Below, piece after piece: positions 53,447-64,000 of a stretch of DNA of 64,000 nt. Position 1 is the stretch's first letter, and each line of letters starts with the position of its first letter. Under the pieces are notes generated by a model. It saw nothing but the letters and a program-made list of their open reading frames with translations. It had not been told where the DNA came from and made no database searches. Location of the stretch: assembly GCF_009914755.1 (NCBI RefSeq), contig NC_060945.1; one strand, given 5' to 3'. This DNA comes from the human T2T-CHM13v2.0 reference genome, Homo sapiens. Made by a program: the position numbers and the translations under genes.

Positions 53447-54672
53447 TACCCTCTCCATCTTAAGTAGAGACTTGAGAGGGAGTGATAGGCAGGAAGAGCA
53501 TCAAAACTTCTTCACAGGACATAATTGAATGACTTGTTACTTATTTTCTTATGGTTCATTTATTCAACAAATGAAACATCTCAATTGTTCATTGCTATTA
53601 TAGATAGACACTAGGTATACTGGTAAAAAAAAAAGACTAAAAAATGTTGTTTTTATTTAACTTGCATGATGGCTGATATAGTAAAGTCAAAATTATTTAA
53701 ATAAAGAAAAGGGGTAATGAAGACTTTGGATGTAGAAATCTAGGTTCTCATCCAAGCTTTGCTGCTAGCTTGCTGAGGGAACCCTGAGTAATGAGTCCTT
53801 AAACTCCCTCTAGGCCTGGAGGTTCATCCATCAAGTGAGGGGCCTTAACCATGTTTCCAACAACAGCCTTTCCGGCCCCATCTTCCTATGAAGGAGAAAC
53901 CTCAGTATGGCCTCGTGGGGAACATCGTGGACTTTGGACTAAAGCACTTTTGGTTTGTTCAATTATTTCATCTCTGATCTTCATCATCTTATTTAACTAC
54001 TCTGAGCCTCAATTTCCTTGCTGCAAAATGAGGTGATGTTTGCTTAAATGAGCAAGCAAAGCAATCACCACAGCTCCTGGCATGCCATAGCACATGGCTT
54101 TTGCTCCCTTGGGGTGCTTACATATGAAGAAAGGTTTTGCAATCTAAAGACAGTAATCATTTTGGTAGTGAGCCAGCTAATTGAGGAGGCAATTTCTCCT
54201 CCATCAGACTATCAGCTGATGTGCAACCTAAAAAGCATTTGTTGAATAATGTAAAAGGAGTTTTTACCAGCTCCTTCAATTTTGACCATCTTTGGACTGG
54301 AAGATTTCATTCAATTCAAAAAATTCCCAATGACATATACATTGTGAACACTAAGATTATATTCTTTCTGGAAGCTGTGTCCATTCCAACAAGTCAGGAC
54401 CATTTTTACCCAACCTGTCCTAGGCAGCAAGACTCCTCAAGAGATACATGCAGAGGCAGAGTTTTCTAAGCTGGGCTGCCACATGGTCACCCTGGGGAGA
54501 AAATGGCAGAAGACAGCTTTCTTGGGCCCACCTATCAGAAGGAAGCTCCTGTGGCAACAGTGATCTCATCTCTTAGGGGCCCATGGTAGAAATATTGAAA
54601 GCAAAAGCTATAGGAATGGTCCAATATAACAATCACAGTTTCCTTCAATTTTCAGAAAATTATAAATGATTA

Positions 54673-55697
<1,025 letters not shown>

Positions 55698-55819
55698 AAG
55701 AATACAAAATGGATTCAAAACTTACAGATAACTTGTAAAAATCAATTTTAAAAGATAACCTAATTTTAAAATGTTCAGAAGTCTTGATCTTGATCAGGCA
55801 TATTACAATATAGCATGGG

Positions 55820-56041
55820 CCACTGATCAAGTCTCCAGCAGCCAAATCCACCCCCTGCCCCAGCCTGTTTCTTATAAATAAATTTCGGTGGAACACAGCC
55901 TAGCCTATTCATTCACACATTGTCCATGGCTGCTTTTGCTCAGCAACAGCAAAACTGAATAGTTAGGACAGAGGCCATATGGCCCGCAAAGCCAAAGATA
56001 TTTACTATCAGGCCCCTTAGAAAATGATTTGCTTGTCCCTG
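55820..56041 (+). mobile_element. MER58A
   Basis: GGAACACAGCC...ATATGGCCCGCAAAGCCAAAGATATTTACTATC...CCCTG. Confidence 0.8.
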
Positions 56042-56049
56042 AAATAGAA

Positions 56050-56850
56050 GCTATCCAAGTGACTGATAGGCATATGAAAAAACACTCCAGCATTAATTGC
56101 CAACAGAAAAATGCAAATTAAACCCACAGTAAGATACCATTATCCACTCATTAGAATGGCAAAAATTAAAAACACTGACAACATCAAGTGTTGGCAATGG
56201 TGGAGAACAGTGGGAGCTCTCATACACTGATGGTTGAAGTGGAAATTGGTTCAATTTTGGAAAACAGTTTGGCAGTATCTACTACAGCTAAACATTTATG
56301 TCTCCATGGCTCAGCAATTCCTGGTCATATTCTCAAGAGATATGAGGACTGTGGCCACCAAGAGACATGTATGAGAAAGGTCCTAGCACCTTTATTTATA
56401 ATAGCCCTGAACATAAAACAATAAATGTCTGTCAACAGTATGATGAACTAAATAAATTGTGGTGTATGCGCACAATGGAATAGTATATGGCAATGAAAAA
56501 ATATAAGCTGTTGCCCCATGCAAGGATGTTTCACAGACATAATGTTAATCAGAAGAAAGCAGATCTCAAGGAGTCCATGTTGTATGATTCCATCTATTTG
56601 AAGCTCAGTAACACATGGTACTAGAAGTCAGAATAGCAATTACCTCTAGGACTGGGGATTCATATTGAAAGAGAATGAAGGTTGGGAAGCCTGTTGGGGC
56701 CTGGGAATGTCTTAGATGTTGTTCTGGCAGGTGGTTGCAAGCCTGTAGACATATGTAAGAGGTTATTGGATGGTACGCTGAAGATTGCAGCACCTAACCG
56801 TAGAAGGTACAGTGTTACATCTCAATATAGAAGAGAAAATATTAAAGAAA
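56050..56850 (+). mobile_element. Old L1M (L1MC/ME) 3' region
   Basis: AAATGCAAATTAAACCCACAG...GGAAAACAGTTTGGCAGT...TGTATGATTCCAT. Confidence 0.75.
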
Positions 56851-58694
56851 AAAAGACCGTGGGTCCTTTTGGACTTGAACCTTATGCCACAGTGGTACTA
56901 CAGAGTCATGTCTTAACTGGAACTCAAATTGTAATACCTTTAAAGCTTTGTGTTGAAAAGAATGAACATTTCAGAATGTAATTCTGCATTTGTGATGAAG
57001 TCCTCCTCAATAACTGATTCAAAGCTGAGGAGACTGCAGTTTCCCCTAATGCCCTGGCCCTGTCTCTGATGGGTACATGTTTGTTGAGACATCTACCAAG
57101 GGGATCAATGCCCCAGGCTGATGTCACTCCCTGTGCTTGACTCCTGTGTCTGGGTGGCAATCGAGAGCCTTCCTGCTCCCCCAGCGAGGGACGGACAGGA
57201 GGAAGCACCCTCCAAAGGCTGGCCTGTGTCACAGATTGTCCAGGAGGTGGGCAACATAAGGGATGAGGTCATCTCTTGGTGAGCCCATGCCTGGCCTTAC
57301 AGAGCAGTGACAGATCACCTGTCACCCCCGCAACAGGCAAGTGGCCCCATGTCCATGAGCCACAGGGTGCCAGGGATGTGGGATTGCAGCTCCCCTGTGG
57401 GTCCCCTCAATGAAGGGAATTATTCCTCCAAGGAGATTTGGGTCCTCTGCTGCTCTCAGACAGTCAGTTGCTTTCTGACTCGTCCACACAATGGATACTG
57501 CGTCCAATTGTATCACACCATCGTGGACGGCTGGAGTCACATCTAAAATGTCCTTGTACCTCCAGCCTCCATCACTGCACACCTGTAACTCTGCTCACCC
57601 TAAGTGCTTAATGAACATGGTGGATGGGCTGGTATACAAATGCCTTTTTGGGGTGGTTTGACTTACAGCCATCTCTGCTCTCACTACAGAAAGAGGAGAG
57701 GAGCCTCACAGAGGTAATGTCAGTGGAAGAACCTCCAACCCTCCTTTGAACACATTCCTAACAAAGAAACCTGCATGCTTTCCCCACCTTTTCTCCTACC
57801 TGTCTTGTGTCAGAGCAGTGCCTCCCTGCTGCTGATTTAGAACCAACCAACAGCTGGACCTGTTTATATCTAGCACCTTGCAGTGTTCTACCTAGATTCC
57901 AAAAATGAACTCAACAATGATTCAGTGTCATTGATCAGGTTCATAATGCTTGGATTTGTTCATACAAGGGCTTTCCCTAGAAGGTTACTTATAAAATGAA
58001 TATCTAATAGGAGGGGTTTAATTATTTTGTGTTGTTTTTCTTACTAGCCATATCTCCTTAAAAGTATAGAGAGTTGAAATTAGACATCATTTTTCTTTTT
58101 ATCAGGCTAACTGAAGTCCAACTTTGAAGTTTTGCAATGCTTGTATTTTAAAGTGTATTGGCATGGCCCTGTTAGTTTCCTGTGGCTAGTTTACTAAGGA
58201 GCTAATAAAGAAACATAGAGATTATGCTTCCATAATTATAACTTAATATGGATTTTAATAAAAATGGATTCCTTTATCATTCTCTGAATTTTATTTTGTG
58301 CATTTAAAATATTATACTGAGGAGTCGTATCAGTTTGCTTGGGCTGCTGTAACAAATACCACAGATGGGGTGGCATAACCAACAGAAATTTATTTTCTCA
58401 CAGTGGAGACTAGAAGTCTGAGATAAAGGTATTGGCAGGGTTGGTTTCTCCTGAGGCCTCTCTCCTTGGCTTGTGAGTGACTGTCTTTTTGATATGTTCT
58501 CACATGGTCATCCCTCTGTGTGTGTCTGTGTCCTAATCTACTCTTCCTATAAGGACAGCGGTCATATTGGATTAGGGCCTATCCATATGAACTCAATTTA
58601 CCTTAATTTCTTCTTTCAAGGCTTTGTCTGCAAACATAGTCACATTCTAAGGTACTGGGGCTTAGGACGTAACCCCTTTTCTTTCTTTTTTAAA

Positions 58695-59028
58695 ATTATT
58701 TTTATTTTTATTTATTTATTTATTTATTTAGAGATGGAGTCCCACTATGTCACCTAGGCTGGAGGGCAGTGGTGCAGTCTCTGCTCACTGCAACCTCCGC
58801 CTCCAAGGTTCAAGTGATTCTCCAGCCTCAGCCTCCTGAGTAGATGGGACTACAGGTATGCACCACTGCATCCGGCTAATTTTTTTATTTTGAGGAGGGG
58901 GTATTTTTAGTAGAGACAGGGTTTCACCATGTTGGCCAGGCTGGTCTCAAACTCCTGACCTCAGGAGATCCGTCCGCCTCAGCCTCCCAAAGTGCTAGGA
59001 TTACAGGCGTGAGCCACCACGCGCAGCC
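58695..59028 (-). mobile_element. Alu (AluS) in the L1 tail
   Basis: Full antisense dimer with (TTTA)n tail. Confidence 0.93.
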
Positions 59029-61243
59029 TTTTTTTTTTTTTTTTTAACTTTCATTTTAGGTTCAGGGGTACATGTGCAGATATGTTATATAGGTAAACTG
59101 TGTGTCACAGGGGTTTGGTGTACACATAATGTTGTCACCTGGGTAATAAGCATAGTACCCAATAGGTTATCTTTCCTGATCCTCTTCCTCCTCCCACCCT
59201 CCACCCACAAGTCAGCCCCAGTGTGTGTTGCTCCTCTCCTAGTATCCATGTGTTCTCCTTGTTTAGTTCCCCCTTATAAGTAAGACTAGGCAGCATTTGG
59301 TTTTCTATTTCTGCATTAGTTCACTTAGAATTATGGCCTCTAGCTCCATCCATGTTGCTGCAAAGGACATGATCTCCTTCTTAGTTATGGCTGTGTAGTA
59401 TTCCATGGTGTATATGTACCACATTTTCTGTATCCAGTCTATCACTGATGTGCATTTAAGTTGATTCCATGTCTCTGCTCTTGTGAATAGTGCTGCAATG
59501 AACATACACATGCATGTGTCTTTATGGTAGAGTAATTTACATTCCTTTGGGCATATACCCAGCAATGAGATTGCTGGGTCGAATGGTAATTCTGTTTTAA
59601 GTTCTTTCAGGAATCGCTACACTGCTTTCCACAGTGGCTGAACTAATTTACACTCCCACCAGCAGTGTATAAGTGGTTCCTTTTTTTTTTTTTTTTTTGC
59701 AACCTCGCCAGAATCTGTTATTTTTTGACATTTTAATAATAGCCATTCTGACTGGTGTGAGATGGCATCTAATTTTGATTTGCATTCTCTAATGATTAGT
59801 GATATTGAACTTTTTGTCATATGCTTGTTGGCCACATATGTGTCTTCTTTTGAAAAATATCTGTTCATGTCCTTTGCCCACTTTTTAATGTGGTTTTTTT
59901 TTTCTTGTAAATTTGTTTAAGTTTCTTATAGCTTCTGGATGTTAGACTTTTGTTGGATGTGTGTCCCTGCCCAAATTTCATATTGAAATCTAATCCCCAG
60001 TGTTGGAGGTGGGACCTGGTGGGAGGTAATCAGATCATCAGAATGAATTTCTCATGAATGGTTTAGTATCATCTTGTTGGTACTGTTCTCACAATAGTGA
60101 GTGAGTTCTCATGAGATCTGGTCATTTAAAAGTGTATGGCACCTCCCACTCATGCTCCTGCTTTTGCCATATGATATGCCTACTCACCCTTCAGCTTCCA
60201 CCATAATTGTAAGTTTCCTGAGGACTATCCAAAAGCCAAGCAGATGTCAGCTTCATGCTTCCTGGACAGCCTGCATAAACATGAGCTAATTAAACCTCTT
60301 TTCTCTGTAAATTATCAAGTCTCAGGTATTTCTTTATAGCAATGTGAGAACAGACTAATACAGATGCATAGTTTGCAAATATTTTCTCCCATTCTATGGG
60401 TCATCTTTTTTACTCTGTTGATAGTTTATTTTGCTAAGAAGCTCTAGTTTAATTAGAATCCATTTATCAATTTTTGTTTTTGATGTTACCGCTTTTGGGT
60501 TTTTTTGTTGAAATATTTGCCTGGTCCTATGTCTAGAATGGTATTTCTTAGGTTATGTTCCAGAGTTTTTAATAGTTCTAGGTTTTACATTTAAGTATTT
60601 AATCTATCTTGAGTTAATTTTTGTATATGGTATAAAGAAGGGGTCCAGGTTCAATCTTCTGCATATGGCTAGCCAGTTATTCCAGCACCATTTATTCATG
60701 GGGAATTTTTTCCCCATTGTTTGTTCTTGGCAAATTTGTCAAAGATCAGATGGTATGTGGCTTTATTTCTGGGCTCTCTTTTGTGTTCCATTGGTCGATG
60801 TGTCTGTTTTTGTACCACTACCATGCTGTTTTGGTTACTATAGCCCAGTAGTATAGTTTGAAGTTGGGTAATGAGATATCTCCAGCTTTATTCTTTTTGC
60901 TCAGTGTTGCCTTGGCTATTTGGGCTCTTTTTTTGGTTTTGTATGAATTTTAAAACAGTTTTTTTCTAATTCTGTGAAGAATGTCATTTGTAGTTTGATA
61001 GGAATAGCCTTGAATCTGTAAATTGCTTTGGGCAGTATGGCCATTTTAATGATATTGAGTCTTCCTATCCATGAGCATGGAATGTTTTTCCATTTGTTTG
61101 TGTTATCTTTGATTTTTTGAGCAGTGTTTTGTAATTCTCATAGAGATCCTTCACCTCCCTAGTTAGCTGTATTCCTAGATATTTTATTCTTTTTGTGGCA
61201 ATTATGAAAGGGATTGCATTCCTGGTTTGGCTTTCAGCTTGGA
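59029..61243 (-). mobile_element. L1PA13-16/L1PB-type 3' fragment split by an MST LTR
   Basis: Antisense 3' UTR plus ORF2 (ORFs 59305..59565 and 59617..59868); outer TSD CCCCTTTTCT (58673, 61249). Confidence 0.88.
59954..60362 (+). mobile_element. MSTA/MSTB MaLR solo LTR lacking its first ~10 bp
   Basis: AATCCCCAGTGTTGGAGGTGGG...CAGACTAATACA. Confidence 0.88.
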
Positions 61244-62574
61244 TTCAGCCCCTTTTCTACATGAATATTGGAGGGGACACAATTAAGCTCCTCATAGTCT
61301 TTCGCTTTGTCCCTTCTTTGCTGTGTTGGGATGTAACCCAGCAAAGAGTCAACAGGGGAAGGCCACCTTCCATCTGTGTCCTGTCTTTCATGCGTAGGCT
61401 CCTCTCTGTGCTCTCCCCTCCCTCCCAGGTCACATGTACCCTGACAAAAGCCTTCCCATAGCCTTAGTCATCCTATGTTTGATGGGTACCCATAGGAGAA
61501 TGGTAGGCGGCAAGACCCTGAAGCCCTGATTTGGGAAATGACCTGCAGTCTTCAGTGCAGCACAGTTTTAGGAGTGGGCACCAGCTGTCAGTGCACATTC
61601 CTTCTGTTCCCTGAGCAGTTCCTTACCTCTGTCTTTGGTGTGAGGCTTCAGACTCTGTTGGATAAGCAGATGCCCATTAGGGGCAGTGCTTTGAATAGTT
61701 CATTTCAGGATGTTCAAATTGTCAGGGACATTTTATTACACACACACACAAACAACTGTAAGAGGTGGTATTTTTAAGCACTTCTTAAATGCCAGACACC
61801 ATTCTCTAATTTTACATGTTTTACTCAGTTAATCTTCACAACACTATGAGGTACACAAATGAATGTGAATGAATGCAATGAAACACGCACTTTCAGTCAA
61901 ATAAACCCGAGTGCTGGCCATTCTCCAGATTCATTCTTTGCCTGCTCTATGCCCAGGAGACTGACTCTGGCCTGCACTGCCCAGGCCCCCTTGCAGGAGA
62001 CTGCCCATACAACAGCAGCCAATGGGAGGACGAGAGCAGAAAGTAGAGGCAGTTTCCCCTTTTCCCGTGACAGAGCCTCACTGGGCCCAGACAATAGCAC
62101 TTCCTCTCTCCTTCCTTGAAACCTGGGGGTGGGAACAACTTCCCCCTATTGCTGTCATCTGGGAGCCTCCCCTTCCCTTGTCTGGGCCCTTATCCCTGCC
62201 CACAGCTCAGGAAACTTCTGTCATCAAAGGCTCTTCCTCTGCACAATTTGGGATGAACTGTTTCTTAGTGTATTCTTATCCCATACATTGAGCAACTCTC
62301 CTTTTATGTGTATATAATTTAGGAAACTTTTGTGTAAGTACAAAATGTGTGTGTACATATTTTTCTTTTCTCCCTTTTATTTATTTAAACAATGTTAAAA
62401 CAATCTGTCCCTCTTAATTTTACATTTTCCTCAGGTGCTGAAATAACAACTAAAAGTTGCTTGTATCTGCATTGTGGTTTCTGTGTGTTTGCCATCAGGG
62501 GAAAACTTCTTTGAATAAAATTTACATAAATTTAAACAACAAACACTATCTTAAACATCATAACAAAGGTTTTA

Positions 62575-64000
62575 TTTTTTTTAATTTTTAATTTAAATTG
62601 AATTTAATTATTTATATAATTTATAAATTTTATATATATTTATTAATATATTTATATATTTTTATTTCCATAGGTTATTTCCATAGGTTTTTTTTTATTT
62701 CCATAGATTATTGGGCAACAGATGGTATTTGGTTACATGAGTAAGTTCTTTAGTGGTAATTTGTGAGATTTTGGTGCGCCCATTGCCCGAGCACCCAATT
62801 TGTGGTCTTTTATCCCTCACCCCTTCCCACCCTTTCCCCCCAATTCCCCAAAGTCCATTGTGTCATTCTTACGCCTTCACATCCTCACAACTTAGCTCCC
62901 ACTTATGAGTGAAACATACGATGTTTGGTTTTCCATTCCTGAGCTCCTTCACTTAGAATAATAGTCTCCAATCTCATCCAGGTCATTGTGAATACCATTA
63001 ATTATTATACACAAACACACACACACATATACATATATCACAGTTTCTTTATTCACCCATTGATTTATGAGCATTTGGGTTGGGGTTCCACATTTTTGCA
63101 ATTGCGAATTGTGCTGCTATACACATGCATGTGCAAGTATCTTTTTCATATAATAACTTATTTTCCTGCGGGTAGATACCCAGTGTGGGATTGCTGGATC
63201 GAATGATAGTTCTACTCTTAGTTCTTTAAGAAATCTCCACACTGTTTTCTATAGTAGTTGTACTAGTTTACATTCCCACCAGCAATGTAGAAGTGTTCCC
63301 TGTTCACCACATCCATGCCAACATCTATTATTTTTTGATATTTTGATTATGGTCATTCTTGCAGGAGTAAGGTGGTATAACATTGTGGTTTTGATTTGCA
63401 TTGCCCTGACCATTAGTAATGTTGAGAATTTTTCCATATGTTTGTTGGCCATTTGTACATCTTCTTTTGAGAATTGTCTATTCATGTCCTTAGCCCACTT
63501 TTTGATGAGATTGTGTTTTTTTCTTGATAATTTGTTTGAGTTCATGGTACATTTTAGATATTAGTCCTTTGTCATATGTATAGATTATGAAGATTTTTCT
63601 CCCACTCTGTGGGTTGTCTGTTTACTCTACTGTCTGTTCCTTTTGTGTACAAAAGCTCTTTAGTTTAATTAAGTCCCAGCTGTTTATCTTTGTTTTTATT
63701 GCATTTGCTTTTGGGTTCTCGATCATGAAATCCTTGCCTAAGCCAATGTCTAGATGGGGTTTTCCAATACCATCTTCCAGAATTTTTATAGTTTCAGGTC
63801 TTAGATTTAAGTCCTTGATCCATCTTGAGCTGATTTTTGTATAAGATGAGAGATGAGGATCCAGTTTGATCCAGTTTCATTATCCTACATGCAGCTAGCC
63901 AGTTATCCCAGCACCATTTGTTAAATAAAGTGTCTTTTCCCCGCTTTATGTTTTTGTTTCCTTTGTTGAAGATTAGTTGGCTGTAAGTATTTGGGTTTAT
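62575..64000 (-). mobile_element. L1PB1-type element, runs off the window end
   Basis: GGTATTTGGTTACATGAGTAAGTTCTTTAGTGG 3' UTR; ORF2 C-terminus (ORF 63249..63545). Confidence 0.9.

Larger units (their letters stand above)
58327..61297 (-). mobile_element. MLT1A-type MaLR LTR (58327-~58680 and ~61250-61297) split by L1
   Basis: GGGCTGCTGTAACAAATACCACAG...GGTACTGGGGCTTAGGAC; resumes as CATGAATATTGGAGGGGACACAATT. Confidence 0.8.

Overview
Primate genomic DNA, most likely human or great ape given the AluY and L1PA2 copies. The window is repeat-rich and has no CpG island and no credible long protein-coding ORF: the ORF track consists of Alu, L1 and simple-repeat read-throughs and chance frames. 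About half of it is interspersed repeat (Alu/FLAM/FRAM, L1PA/L1PB/L1M, L2, MIR, MaLR/ERVL/ERV1 solo LTRs, hAT MITEs). The left third looks like the 3' end of a + strand spliced gene that I cannot name: a candidate 34-nt exon at 16458-16491 and a terminal exon from 22210 with AATAAA at 22394. A near-consensus CTCF motif follows at 25364, and a U13 snoRNA retrocopy lies at 53341-53446. The most striking pattern not explained by repeat families is five local templated duplications (37-189 bp, copies about 1-1.8 kb apart, direct or inverted), several with microhomology or fold-back junctions. They include a 189-bp, ~97% identical inverted repeat at 40980-42244. Also present are three 5'-inverted (twin-primed) L1 insertions, one target site used twice by retrotransposons, and a four-element nested stack. 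I see no evidence of a novel protein-coding system. Repeat subfamily names come from remembered consensus sequences, and boundaries of old repeats are approximate.
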